The notes: generated from the letters alone by a model not told the origin. DNA of 48,278 nt from Clostridia bacterium (GCA_017513325.1 JAFXGC010000147.1:1-48278), one strand, 5' to 3'. Positions 35,824 through 45,869 are shown, counted from the first letter of the stretch. Made by a program: numbers and translations.

Positions 35824-36933
35824 TTACTTTACAATAAGCTTTAAAATGTCGTTATAGATTACTTTATTGGCATCAGCTTTAGCAAATCTCTTAATTTTAT
35901 TTTCCATCTCTGCTCTCTTATCCGCATTTTCAATAAGTTCAGATACTATTTCGCAAAGACGCTGAGGCATACTTTCATTTTCACGAAGAACATACGCTGC
36001 ATGCTCTACAGAAAGAACTGAAGCATTTTTAAACTGCTGGTCATCTGTTACATTGGGAGAAGGAATAAACACAGCACACTTTCCTGCCATAGCAAGTTCA
36101 GAAACTGTCATAGCCCCTGCTCTGCAAATTACAACGTCAGCAGCAGCAAGTCGGACGGGCATATCGTAGATATACTCAACAAGCTCAACATTATTTACTT
36201 TGTCAAATCCGAGCTCTGCTGCTTTTGCGAAGCAGATATCCTTTTCAATCGCTCCTGTTGCGTGGGTATGCTTTATTCCGTCCTTTGCGCCTGTTACATT
36301 TTTCATAACTTCAAGGACAGCTTCATTTACTTTTTCTGCTCCCATACTTCCACCGTACGAAAGCACATATATAGCATTTTCAGGAATACCAAGTTGTTTT
36401 TTGGCTTCTTCTTTTGTGATATTCTCAGGGGGAGTCAACAAAGGGCATCCGCAAAGAAGCAGCTTGTCCTTTTGAGCTATTCCCGTTCCTGCAACTTCAA
36501 AATTAAGATAAATCCTGTTTACAGCACCCGAAAGCATACGCACAGCCATTCCTGGTACTGCGTTTGATTCATGCAAAGCTGTTGGAATTCCCATTGATGC
36601 AGCTGCTTTAACTACGGGCCATGAAACATATCCTCCCGTACCTATTACAATATCAGGGTTGAATTTTTTTATGATCTTTTTTGCTTTTAAAGGAGAGGTG
36701 AGCGCAAGATAAGCTGCCTTGATATTTTTCAAAGTAAGCTTACGCGAAAGGCCCATAACGTTTACATGAAACAATTCATAACCTGCCTTGGTTACAAGCT
36801 TATTTTCTATACCTCTGTCAGTGCCCACAAACGCAATCTCTGACGAAGGATCGTTTTCTTTGATCGTGTTTGCTATAGCAAGAGCAGGATTTACGTGACC
36901 TGCTGTTCCGCCGCCTGTCATTAATACTCGCAT
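35824..36933 (-). CDS. murG: UDP-N-acetylglucosamine--N-acetylmuramyl-(pentapeptide) pyrophosphoryl-undecaprenol GlcNAc transferase
   Basis: MTGGGTAGHVNPALA N-terminus, GGSMGA, and dcw cluster context. Confidence 0.93.
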   Translation of the reverse strand: MRVLMTGGGTAGHVNPALAIANTIKENDPSSEIAFVGTDRGIENKLVTKAGYELFHVNVMGLSRKLTLKNIKAAYLALTSPLKAKKIIKKFNPDIVIGTGGYVSWPVVKAAASMGIPTALHESNAVPGMAVRMLSGAVNRIYLNFEVAGTGIAQKDKLLLCGCPLLTPPENITKEEAKKQLGIPENAIYVLSYGGSMGAEKVNEAVLEVMKNVTGAKDGIKHTHATGAIEKDICFAKAAELGFDKVNNVELVEYIYDMPVRLAAADVVICRAGAMTVSELAMAGKCAVFIPSPNVTDDQQFKNASVLSVEHAAYVLRENESMPQRLCEIVSELIENADKRAEMENKIKRFAKADANKVIYNDILKLIVK

Positions 36934-36945
36934 AAGTACCTCCCG

Positions 36946-38235
36946 TTATTTCTTTTGATATGAATGTCTTGATATTGAAAGAAGCACGCCCATTTCCATA
37001 AGAAGCACTATCAATGCTGTTCCTCCATATGAGAAAAAGGGCAATGAAATTCCCGTATTAGGTATAAGGTCGGTAACAACCATCATATTCAGAAATGCCT
37101 GAATACCTACCTGACAAGTTATACCGAATGCTACAAGAGATGTATACGTATCAGGAGCTTTCTTCGCTATAACAAAGCCTCTCCAAATAAACGCTGCATA
37201 AAGCAGAACTACGATGATTGCACCAACAAATCCCATTTCCTCACACCAGATAGTGAAGATAAAGTCATTCTGAGGTTCTGAAACGTAATTATACTTCAAT
37301 CGGCTATCGCCAAGTCCAACTCCAAGAAGTCCTCCGCTTCCTATTGCGTAGAGGCCCTGTGTCGTCTGCCAGGCTTCACCAAGAACATCGGCGTTTTCGT
37401 CAGCGTGAGTAAGAATTCTTTGAAGCGCATATGGATTGAGGGCAAGGAAACCTCCAACCGCGGCTATACCGCAAGCGCCGTATATTGCAACAGCCCAACC
37501 TATGTGCACGCCACCGAGGAAAATTACGCAAACGGAAATCAACGCTATAATGATTGTGCCGGACAAATGCTTTTCAAGAAGAACAAGTCCGCATATAACA
37601 GCCATTATGACACCTGGCTTTACTACGCCATCCATAATAACGGTTTTTCTTGAAAGATCTCTGTGAAGCTTATCATAGTATTTATCAAAATACCATGCAA
37701 GCATCATAACCACGGCAACTTTCGCCGCTTCTGAAGGCTGAAATGTAAAACTGCCTATTGCTATCCAACGTTTTGCAACACCTTCAGAGGTTCCGATTAT
37801 AAGAACCACAAGCAAAAGCCCTATTGCAAGAGCATATATTGCAGGGGTGAATTTTTTATAAATATTATACGGTATCCAGGAAAGAACATACATTGCAAGT
37901 CCGCCCAATGCAATAAACACCAGCTGCTTTTTCAGATAGTGCATACTGTCATCTCGTTCTATCAATGCGCTGGGGAAGCTTGCAGAAAATACCATAACAG
38001 TTCCAAGAACAAGTATGATTGCTATTATAGCAAGCATAGGTCTGTCAACACCATGCTTTACTCGTTCGATCTTCTTCTCTTCCCTGCGCCATTCATCCTC
38101 CCTGCGTTTTCTCGCAAGAGCTCTTCCGCTGAGCTGAACAACGGCTCCGCCTTTCTTTGGAGGCCTTGACTCTCCATTCTTGTTTTGGACCGGCGCACTA
38201 TTCTGTTTTGCGTTTTGATATCTTTGATCGTTCAT
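36946..38235 (-). CDS. ftsW: SEDS-family peptidoglycan glycosyltransferase FtsW/SpoVE with a basic N-terminal extension
   Basis: 10-TM SEDS pattern: FQPSEAAKVAVVMMLA, NDFIFT, LPFFSYGGTA. Lies between mraY and murG. Confidence 0.9.
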   Translation of the reverse strand: MNDQRYQNAKQNSAPVQNKNGESRPPKKGGAVVQLSGRALARKRREDEWRREEKKIERVKHGVDRPMLAIIAIILVLGTVMVFSASFPSALIERDDSMHYLKKQLVFIALGGLAMYVLSWIPYNIYKKFTPAIYALAIGLLLVVLIIGTSEGVAKRWIAIGSFTFQPSEAAKVAVVMMLAWYFDKYYDKLHRDLSRKTVIMDGVVKPGVIMAVICGLVLLEKHLSGTIIIALISVCVIFLGGVHIGWAVAIYGACGIAAVGGFLALNPYALQRILTHADENADVLGEAWQTTQGLYAIGSGGLLGVGLGDSRLKYNYVSEPQNDFIFTIWCEEMGFVGAIIVVLLYAAFIWRGFVIAKKAPDTYTSLVAFGITCQVGIQAFLNMMVVTDLIPNTGISLPFFSYGGTALIVLLMEMGVLLSISRHSYQKK

Positions 38236-38262
38236 AATCCACCGGTCTCCTTTACCGAAATT

Positions 38263-39267
38263 TTATTTTGCAAGTCCGAACCAGGCAAGCACGCAGAAAA
38301 TCAACGTTACAGCAGAGAATACTGCGACTATCTTTGTTTCTTTCCAACCGCATTTTTCAAAATGATGATGGATCGGTGACATCTTGAAAAGGCGCTTGCC
38401 ATGAGTGAGTTTGAAATATGATACCTGAAGCATCACGGATGCTGTTTCCACAATGAACATTATTCCGCAAACAACTACGATAAGAGGATTATTCATAACG
38501 AATGCACCGCCAACTACAAGTCCTCCGAAGAATAATGATCCCGTGTCACCCATAAATACTCTGGCAGGATAAAAATTATAAACAAGGAAACCAAGAGCTG
38601 AGCCTGCCATAAGTGCACCTATAACACTCAGCGCCACGTTTTCGCTCGCAGAAGCAACAAATGCTGCAACGGAATAGAACACGGCAACTACAGCAGTGAT
38701 CGAGCTGGCCAGACCGTCAATTCCGTCTGTCAAGTTAACACTGTTCACTATGCCCGTAAGAAGAAGCATTGCAACTATGTAATAGAACAATCCGAAATTA
38801 ATTGAAACATTAACAAATGGAATATATAGCTCCGTTGTAAGTCCGCAGAAGAAGCACATAGCAAGAAGGTAAAGTCCTGCCACAAGCACCTGAAGAATAA
38901 ACTTCTGCGCAGCAGTCAAACCTTCATTTTGCTTTCTTTTCAGCTTAGCCATATCATCAACTATGCCTATGCAGCCATTGAGAATTGCCATAATAAGAGT
39001 TATAAGCAGCGGCAGCGCTTTATCTGCTCCGTTTATTACCCAAACAACTGCTGTTGCAATTGCGCCGCATATGCCTGAAGCAATTATAAAAGCAAGGCCG
39101 CCCATTGTGGGAGTTCCCTCTTTTGATTTATGCCAGCGAGGTCCGATGTCCAGAATTTTCTGCCCCATTTTGCGACTCGCAAGAATCGGAATGAGCTTTT
39201 TTGATATTCCTACAGTTAAAAGAAATGTCAATACAAGAACTGATGCAAAAATAATTTTAGATGTCAT
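38263..39267 (-). CDS. mraY: Phospho-N-acetylmuramoyl-pentapeptide transferase
   Basis: KxGTPTMGG, NSVNLTDGIDGLA, MGDTGSLFFGG, PIHHHFE. Confidence 0.96.
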   Translation of the reverse strand: MTSKIIFASVLVLTFLLTVGISKKLIPILASRKMGQKILDIGPRWHKSKEGTPTMGGLAFIIASGICGAIATAVVWVINGADKALPLLITLIMAILNGCIGIVDDMAKLKRKQNEGLTAAQKFILQVLVAGLYLLAMCFFCGLTTELYIPFVNVSINFGLFYYIVAMLLLTGIVNSVNLTDGIDGLASSITAVVAVFYSVAAFVASASENVALSVIGALMAGSALGFLVYNFYPARVFMGDTGSLFFGGLVVGGAFVMNNPLIVVVCGIMFIVETASVMLQVSYFKLTHGKRLFKMSPIHHHFEKCGWKETKIVAVFSAVTLIFCVLAWFGLAK

Positions 39268-39337
39268 TTTTATTACCGTTCCTTAGTTTATTTACTTAAC
39301 ATTATGATACCACACCAAAGTCTTTCGGTCAACATAA

Positions 39338-40795
39338 TTAAAGCCTTGACAGCGCTGATAATACAATATCTTTCTCACTGAAAGGATGATTACCGCAAGC
39401 ATCCGTTTCATACTTTTCATGACCTTTGCCGCAAAGAAGAATGAATTCTTCTCTTTTTGCCGTTGATATGGCATACTCGATCGCCGTTCGACGATCAACT
39501 ATCACCCGAACATTGTCATAGCATTTTATACCTGACAAAATGTGACTGATTATATCTTCTCTTTTTTCACTTCTTGGATTATCACTTGTTATGATGACTC
39601 TGTCTGCTAACTGGACTGCCACTCCGCCCATTGCAGCGCGTTTGCTCTTGTCTCTGTCACCGCCGCATCCAAATAGTACGGTTACATATCTTCCACCTGC
39701 TATGCTTTTTATGCAATTTATAGCTGAAGCTAATGCATCGGAAGTATGAGCATAATCAATAAAAACATGAAACCCATATTTTTCGCACTCTGTTATTTTT
39801 TCCATTCTGCCCGAAACATAAGGTACTGCTGCGATACCACGACAAATTTTTTCTTGTGAAACACCAAGCATATATGCAGCTTTAGCCGCAAGCATTGTGT
39901 TTTCAACTGTGAAAAAGCCGGGAGAAGATGATGAAACACAGATCGTTTCACCACACAATTCTAATTCGTACGACACTCCGTTTTCGCTCATCCTCAACCA
40001 TTTTGCTTCGCTCCGGTCACATGAGGCTGCTTTGCAGCCCAACTCTGACCACAGTCTTCTTCCGTAAGCAGAATCACACCCGATCACTGCTTTGCGGCAT
40101 TTTTTTATAAGTGAAGCTTTAGTTTTGTAATAATCCTCCATACTTTCATGGAAATCAAGATGCTCAGGAGTTAGATTAGTGAAAACACCTATCTCAAATC
40201 TTATAGGACAAAGTTTATGCTGTGCAATAGCGTGACTGGAAGCCTCCATAACAACAGCCTCCGCACCTTTTCTGTGCAACTGGCACAGAATTTTATAAAG
40301 TATCTTAGGATCGGGAGTTGTCATAGAAGCTGATATATCGCAAACAGCTGATCCTTCAAAAAGTGTTGTTTTACCGTCATAAGAACAACCCAACGTTCCT
40401 ATTACTGCCGTTTTTATTCCGCCTTCGTTCATCGCTGAAGCAAGATATGCAGCCGTTGACGTTTTACCGTTAGTTCCCGTAACTGCGATCATCCGCATTT
40501 TTCGGGATGGATTACCGTAAAAATTGTCCCAAATGACCGAATCGGCAACGCGCGTATTTTTGACGACTATACACGGAACACCTTTTATATATCGCTCTGT
40601 CACTACTGCAACAGCGCCTCTCCTTATAGCCTCTTCCGCAAACTCATGTCCGTCACGTTTGCTGCCTTTTACACAAATAAATAATCCTCCAAAAGCAACT
40701 GTTCGCGAATCATTCGATATGCTTTTTACATATCCGCGGAGATTAACTCCGAACGTGTTATATTTGAGTCCTGATAAAAGCTCTGCTAACTGCAT
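39338..40795 (-). CDS. murE: UDP-N-acetylmuramoyl-L-alanyl-D-glutamate--2,6-diaminopimelate ligase
   Basis: Mur ligase motifs GTNGKTST, DYAHTSDAL and GCGGDRDKSKR. The DNPR motif (TSDNPRSE) is typical of meso-DAP-adding MurE. Confidence 0.88.
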   Translation of the reverse strand: MQLAELLSGLKYNTFGVNLRGYVKSISNDSRTVAFGGLFICVKGSKRDGHEFAEEAIRRGAVAVVTERYIKGVPCIVVKNTRVADSVIWDNFYGNPSRKMRMIAVTGTNGKTSTAAYLASAMNEGGIKTAVIGTLGCSYDGKTTLFEGSAVCDISASMTTPDPKILYKILCQLHRKGAEAVVMEASSHAIAQHKLCPIRFEIGVFTNLTPEHLDFHESMEDYYKTKASLIKKCRKAVIGCDSAYGRRLWSELGCKAASCDRSEAKWLRMSENGVSYELELCGETICVSSSSPGFFTVENTMLAAKAAYMLGVSQEKICRGIAAVPYVSGRMEKITECEKYGFHVFIDYAHTSDALASAINCIKSIAGGRYVTVLFGCGGDRDKSKRAAMGGVAVQLADRVIITSDNPRSEKREDIISHILSGIKCYDNVRVIVDRRTAIEYAISTAKREEFILLCGKGHEKYETDACGNHPFSEKDIVLSALSRL

Positions 40796-40802
40796 CCTAT
40801 CC

Positions 40803-40837
40803 TCCGGAAGTTAAAAAATATTAATTTCAACTTCCGA
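40803..40837 (-). promoter_or_regulatory. Intercistronic hairpin between the PBP gene and murE, abutting the murE RBS
   Basis: tccggaagtt ... aacttccga with a 16-nt AT loop. On the minus strand the 3' arm runs into the GGAGGA RBS of murE. Confidence 0.4.
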
Positions 40838-40842
40838 AATTT

Positions 40843-43332
40843 TTAACCGTCTGTTATGTCAGTATGTACAATAGATATTTCTATAACGGTTCCTCTTGCA
40901 ACCTTTGTTCCTGCCTCAACTGACTGAGAAATAACTGTTGCGCTCTGGCTATCTTTTGCGCCTCTCACACGAACATTGAGACCTGCATTTACAAGGATCC
41001 TCATTGCCGCTTCGCCCGTTTTTCCCTCAACATCGGGAACTGTTACTGTTGCTTTTGCGCTTTCTTCACCGGTATAAAGAATAATTCTTCCGTGCTGCTT
41101 TGTAACTGTGCTTCCTTCTGCAGGAACCTGGCTGATTACAGTTTCGCCTTCACCGATGACCTCACAGATAAGACCTCTGCCCTCAATATCATCTTTTGCA
41201 CCCATTACTGAATATCCGCTATAGTTGCGGACATTAATGTCAACAGTTGCAAGCTCTTCCTCTGTGTACTGGGGTTCATATCCCAGATATGGAAGAACGT
41301 TAGCAAGAAATTTAGAAACATAAGGGGCAGCAACACGGCTACCGTATACAACGCCGCCCATAGGTTCGTCAACCATTACAAGAATTGCTATTTCAGGGTC
41401 ATCATACGGAGCATAGGCAACTGTGGATGAAACTCTGAGCGTTTCGTCCTTAATATCTCTTTTTTCAGATGTACCTGTCTTGGCGGCAATTTTATAGCCT
41501 TTTACATAAGCATTTTTAGCACCGCCATCACCGGAAACACCGTCTTCAAGAATTTCTGATATAGTTTTGCATACCTCTTCGCTAATAACCTGACGCTTTA
41601 CATCAGTGCCGTACTCATCTATAACGTTTCCATCATCATCAACTACTTCGCTGAGAAAATGGGGAGTTACGTACTTGCCGCCATTTGCAACCGCAGCTAT
41701 TGCAGCTATCTGCTGAATAGGGGTTGTTTTATAAGTCTGACCAAATGAGTATACTGCAAGAGATACGTGGCTGAAATCTTTCCAGGAACTGTAAAGGCCT
41801 GCTGTTTCTCCGGGAAGATCAATTCCTGTTATGCTTGTATATCCGAATCTCTCAAAATAGTTATAAAACTTCTCTTCTCCAAGTCGAAATGCTGCCTGCA
41901 TAAGTGTCGGGTTGCAGGATTGCTGAAGTCCTCGTGCGTACGTTACAGTACCGTGTCCTCTATGATCGTGGCAGCTGATGGGCTTGGGATATCCGTCAAC
42001 CTTCAGCGCACCAACGCAGGTGAACATATCTGTAGGACTTACAACGCCTTCTTCAAACACCATAGCTGTTGTGATGATCTTTGACGTAGAACCGGGCTCG
42101 TAAAGCTCTGTTATTGCTTTGTTTTTCCACATTGCGTATATAAGCTCATATTTCTTGTTTGTATACGCCTGACTTGTTAATTCATCACGATTATCTTTAT
42201 AGTAAGCAAGAGCTTTAGCCGCAAATTCCTCGCTTTCTTCATCAAGGTCTTTTTCTTCAGCCTTGACAGCGTTGGCAGCAAGCTTTTTAGCATCTTCTGT
42301 GTGCTCCTCGCTACCGTCATACTTTTCAAGTTTTGCAAGCGAGAGTTCGTCAAGCTCATAGGGCTTGTTACAGTCAAATCCCGGTGAAGTTGCCATTCCG
42401 AGAACAGCACCGGTTTTTACGTTCATAACAATTCCGGTTGCTCTGTTATTTGCAAGATTTTCTTTTACTGTTGCATTAAGCTGATTCTCAAGCTCATACT
42501 GAATATACGTATCAATCGTTGTGACGATGTTATATCCGTTTTCTGCCTCAATAAATGTTTCATACTCAAATCCCATTTCGTGATTGAGTGCGTCCTGAGC
42601 TGTTACATATCTGCCGCTTGTTCCTTCAAGAAGGTTGTTGTAGTACGCTTCAAGTCCGTACGTGCCCACACCGTCAGCGTTAGTAAGGCCGATAACGTGG
42701 GACGCCAGCTCGTTATAGGGATAGTATCTGATACTGCCTGCGCGGAGATATATCATTCTGGTCAGATCATTTTCATCAATAAACTCTCTGATCTTTTTGG
42801 CCGCTTCTTCATCAATCTTATCCTTGATTTCCTCATAGCGTCTACCGTTTTTTGCAGTCTTTTCGAGTATTTTCTCATATTCAACATCAAGTGTGTCGGA
42901 AAGAAATCTTGATATTCCCTGCGCTATGGGCATAGCCGGATATTCACCTTTATCTGTTTTGAAAGGCTTTGTCATTGTGGGATCTTCAAATTCTTTTCCT
43001 GTCGCCGCAGCGTCTGCAGCAAGCTCTGCGCGCTCCGCTGTGGCTTCCTCAACATAGTCAATTATGTCCTGCGGAGAAATAAAACAGAGGTATACCGTTT
43101 TGTTCGTTGCAAGAATATTTCCGGTGCTGTCATAAATTGTTCCTCGCTCGGGATTAACCTCTGTCTCCATGGTTATTTCATTTACAACAAGCCCTTTATA
43201 ATATTCATGGTTTGCTATCTGCAAATATGCAAGCTTGGCTATTACAGCGCACATTACAAGGCCGAACACCATTAAAATAATACCGCTTCGCGACCAGATC
43301 TGCCTGCTTATTCTCTTCCTTTTTTCCGCCAT
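40843..43332 (-). CDS. Class B penicillin-binding protein (FtsI/PBP2B/SpoVD-type) with two C-terminal PASTA domains
   Basis: N-terminal TM segment, transpeptidase motifs STSK, SCN and KTGT, and two PASTA-like repeats at the C-terminus. The start was set at the second ATG (43332) by RBS AAAGGAA. Confidence 0.9.
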   Translation of the reverse strand: MAEKRKRISRQIWSRSGIILMVFGLVMCAVIAKLAYLQIANHEYYKGLVVNEITMETEVNPERGTIYDSTGNILATNKTVYLCFISPQDIIDYVEEATAERAELAADAAATGKEFEDPTMTKPFKTDKGEYPAMPIAQGISRFLSDTLDVEYEKILEKTAKNGRRYEEIKDKIDEEAAKKIREFIDENDLTRMIYLRAGSIRYYPYNELASHVIGLTNADGVGTYGLEAYYNNLLEGTSGRYVTAQDALNHEMGFEYETFIEAENGYNIVTTIDTYIQYELENQLNATVKENLANNRATGIVMNVKTGAVLGMATSPGFDCNKPYELDELSLAKLEKYDGSEEHTEDAKKLAANAVKAEEKDLDEESEEFAAKALAYYKDNRDELTSQAYTNKKYELIYAMWKNKAITELYEPGSTSKIITTAMVFEEGVVSPTDMFTCVGALKVDGYPKPISCHDHRGHGTVTYARGLQQSCNPTLMQAAFRLGEEKFYNYFERFGYTSITGIDLPGETAGLYSSWKDFSHVSLAVYSFGQTYKTTPIQQIAAIAAVANGGKYVTPHFLSEVVDDDGNVIDEYGTDVKRQVISEEVCKTISEILEDGVSGDGGAKNAYVKGYKIAAKTGTSEKRDIKDETLRVSSTVAYAPYDDPEIAILVMVDEPMGGVVYGSRVAAPYVSKFLANVLPYLGYEPQYTEEELATVDINVRNYSGYSVMGAKDDIEGRGLICEVIGEGETVISQVPAEGSTVTKQHGRIILYTGEESAKATVTVPDVEGKTGEAAMRILVNAGLNVRVRGAKDSQSATVISQSVEAGTKVARGTVIEISIVHTDITDG

Positions 43333-43440
43333 AAAGCCATTCCTTTCCATATTTGCGCTCTGCTTATATAAATATATTCCATTTGTTCTTCATATATGTA
43401 GCACAAATGATCACTTTTTATCTGCTTTATAAATCCCAAA

Positions 43441-43464
43441 CAAGGCGTGCTTCTGCACGCCTTG
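43441..43464 (-). terminator. Hairpin (possible attenuator) between the ftsL-like gene and the PBP gene
   Basis: caaggcgtgc-ttct-gcacgccttg. On the minus strand it is followed by TTTGGGATTT, an imperfect T tract. Confidence 0.4.
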
Positions 43465-43474
43465 TAAAAGTCAT

Positions 43475-44380
43475 TTAGTTTATGTATTCCATCAGGTGAT
43501 TCCAGTTTGTTCCAACAACAGACATAAGAGTTCCGAAAACTCCGTATTCACCATCTGTATTTTCTGCCGCTTCCACTACCTCAACTCTTTCACCATCGGA
43601 AATGGAAACATACTTTGTTGCAACCTGATTGCTCTTTACCATACCGATACGTGTTGTAGCTTCCTCTTCAATAACACGGATATCGTTTTTGGCATCAATT
43701 GCAACATTCAGGTCGTCTATCTTTGTAAGAAGAGTTGTTTTCTGGTTTTCAAGCTGAGAAATTTCGCTCTTGAATTCATTGATCTGAGCTATGCTGAACA
43801 ACATAAGGATAACGATCAATGCAATAACGATAGCGGAAAGTACAAGCCCTTTGGAAATGGGTGTGCTTTTTACTTTTCTCTCTTCCAAACCGTCAGCTGC
43901 GGCAACCGCCTTAAACCATGCAATAAGATTGAACTTTTCTTTTTTGTTGTTTCTTTTTGCCTTTGCAGGAGCCGCTTTAGGCATCTGACGAGTTGTTGCG
44001 TTGAAATCCGCAGCCGCTGCGCGAACGCCTGCTGCTCTTGCATAAGCTTTTGCAAATGTTGCCTTATCAAATGTTGTTGTTGTTTCAAAGGTTGCGTTAT
44101 AGGCAGTTGCAACAGTCTGCTTGTTTGCAGCAGTTTTTGTTGCTGTGCCTGCTACGTTATAGGCAGTTGCAACTTTTTTTGTCTGTCCCGCAGGTACAAA
44201 CTCGCCTGTTTCTTCGAAAGGATTGGCAGCAGCTACTATTTTGGAGTTTTTAAAAGCCTCATATGCTCCCTTTACCGCTTTTGAGCCCGCGCTGGCAGCA
44301 CCTCTGCCTGCAAACTTTTTCTGAAGTCTGGTGCAGAGAGGATTTTCACTTATTGAGGTTACTCTAACTGTTTCTGCCAT
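43475..44380 (-). CDS. FtsL-like cell division protein with a ~170-aa Ala/Thr/Lys-rich repetitive N-terminal extension
   Basis: The C-terminal third has a TM segment (LVLSAIVIALIVILMLFSIA) plus a coiled coil (INEFKSEISQLENQKTTLLTKIDDLN) in the ftsL position between rsmH and the PBP gene. The N-terminus contains repeated VATAYN(V/A) units. Confidence 0.65.
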   Translation of the reverse strand: MAETVRVTSISENPLCTRLQKKFAGRGAASAGSKAVKGAYEAFKNSKIVAAANPFEETGEFVPAGQTKKVATAYNVAGTATKTAANKQTVATAYNATFETTTTFDKATFAKAYARAAGVRAAAADFNATTRQMPKAAPAKAKRNNKKEKFNLIAWFKAVAAADGLEERKVKSTPISKGLVLSAIVIALIVILMLFSIAQINEFKSEISQLENQKTTLLTKIDDLNVAIDAKNDIRVIEEEATTRIGMVKSNQVATKYVSISDGERVEVVEAAENTDGEYGVFGTLMSVVGTNWNHLMEYIN

Positions 44381-44419
44381 TGTGGGACCGCCTTTCATAT
44401 ATTTAAACGTACATAATTA

Positions 44420-45358
44420 TTAAAGTTTTTCTGCCACCCTGAGTTTCGCGCTACGTGAACGGGGGTTCACTTCAAGTTCCGCATCGGAGGGAACTATAGG
44501 TTTCTTTGTGATAACCTTTATCTGCGGTTTCTTACCGCAAACACATACGGGAAAATCATGAGGGCAGGTGCAGGGATTTTCAAGTCTCTTGAAGGTTTGT
44601 TTTACGATTCTGTCCTCAAGAGAGTGAAAAGTAATAACAGCTGCCCGTCCGCCGCTTTCAAGTCGACGGGTAGCTGCCTCAAGGGTAGGTTCTATAATAC
44701 GAAGTTCATCATTAACTTCAATTCTAATTGCCTGGAATGTTCTCTTTGCAGGATGCTGAGCTTCCTTTTTTCTTGCCCCGGCAGGAATTGCTGATGCAAT
44801 TATGTCCGCCAGAGCCGTTGTGGTTTCTATAGGAGAAGATTCTCTTGCCTTTACGATGGCTGCAGCAACTCTGCCGCTGAATTTTTCTTCTCCCCAATCA
44901 TTGATGATCCGGCGCAGTTCGCTTTCTGCATAAGTGTTAACCACGTCGTATGCTGTTTTCCCGCAGCTTCTATCCATTCTCATATCCAGAAACGCTTCCT
45001 GAGAATAGGAAAAACCGCGCTCGGCTTCATCAAGCTGGACGGAGGATACGCCCAAATCCCATAAAATACCGTTTATTTTTTCTATACCGAGTTCGTCAAG
45101 CACGTGCTCAAACTCGCTGTAATTACTCTTTACAACCATTGACTTTTCGCCATAAACGCTCAGGCGTTCTTTGCAATGGGCGATTGCTCTGTCATCGCGA
45201 TCAAGACTGATAAGCACCGACCCTTCAGGCAATCTTTTTATAATCTCTTCAGAATGTCCGCCGCCGCCTGCAGTTCCGTCTACAAAAACGCCGCCGTTTT
45301 CAGGACACAAAGCAGAAACTGCTTCGTCCAGCATAACTGAATAATGTGAAAAACTCAC
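44420..45358 (-). CDS. rsmH: 16S rRNA (cytosine1402-N4)-methyltransferase RsmH (MraW)
   Basis: GTG start with RBS AGAGGTG. HYSVMLDEAV, VDGTAGGGGHS, DLGVSSVQLD, ITFHSLEDRIVK. Confidence 0.95.
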   Translation of the reverse strand: MSFSHYSVMLDEAVSALCPENGGVFVDGTAGGGGHSEEIIKRLPEGSVLISLDRDDRAIAHCKERLSVYGEKSMVVKSNYSEFEHVLDELGIEKINGILWDLGVSSVQLDEAERGFSYSQEAFLDMRMDRSCGKTAYDVVNTYAESELRRIINDWGEEKFSGRVAAAIVKARESSPIETTTALADIIASAIPAGARKKEAQHPAKRTFQAIRIEVNDELRIIEPTLEAATRRLESGGRAAVITFHSLEDRIVKQTFKRLENPCTCPHDFPVCVCGKKPQIKVITKKPIVPSDAELEVNPRSRSAKLRVAEKL

Positions 45359-45376
45359 TTTACACCTCTATCTATA

Positions 45377-45805
45377 TCAGAGGCCGTATTCAAGCATAAG
45401 GTCTCTGATGTCGTTGACCTTGTCGGCATCATAGCTTGCAGGAGAAGGAGCAACTCGTTCATCCCAAATTTCAACTCTGTCTCCACAGCCGATAAACGTT
45501 ACGCCGCTTTCAATGGAAGCATATTCTATAAGTTCCTTTGAAAGTCCGACTCTTCCCTGGCTATCAGGTGTTGCTTTCATTGCAATACCACATATGAAAC
45601 GGGTGATATCTCTGACCTGTGTTTTAGGAAGAGCATTCAATTTTGCTGTATACTTCTCCCACTCTTCGAGAGAGTATGCGGAAAGGCATCTGTCTACATT
45701 TACGGTGATAACAAATGTTGCGCCCAGATCTTCTCTGAACTTTGCAGGGAATATAACTCTGTTTTTCGCATCAAGAGTATTTGTAAAGTTACCCAACAAT
45801 TCCAT
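45377..45805 (-). CDS. mraZ: Transcriptional regulator MraZ
   Basis: MELLGNFTNTLDAKNRVIFPAKFR, and a second half with DSQGRVGLSKEL (duplicated SpoVT-AbrB-like halves). ATG at 45805 with RBS GGGGTGG. Confidence 0.93.
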   Translation of the reverse strand: MELLGNFTNTLDAKNRVIFPAKFREDLGATFVITVNVDRCLSAYSLEEWEKYTAKLNALPKTQVRDITRFICGIAMKATPDSQGRVGLSKELIEYASIESGVTFIGCGDRVEIWDERVAPSPASYDADKVNDIRDLMLEYGL

Positions 45806-45810
45806 TCGTT

Positions 45811-45860
45811 CCACCCCTTTCCACCATTTTGTGGGGAAAAAGTGTCATTTTCCACCACCT
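45811..45860 (-). promoter_or_regulatory. Candidate MraZ operator: GTGGAA-type direct repeats in the mraZ leader
   Basis: The minus strand reads aaGGTGGTGGAAAAtgacactttttccccacaaaatGGTGGAAAggGGTGGAAcgaATG. Repeats start 31 and 10 nt apart, and one inverted GTGGGG copy lies between them. Confidence 0.4.
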
Positions 45861-45869
45861 TGTTTCTAT

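Noticed and set aside
43496-44284. 262-aa plus-strand ORF opposite the ftsL-like gene.
   Set aside because: It is Cys/Phe-rich with no RBS. The minus-strand frame has the TM + coiled-coil expected at this dcw position.
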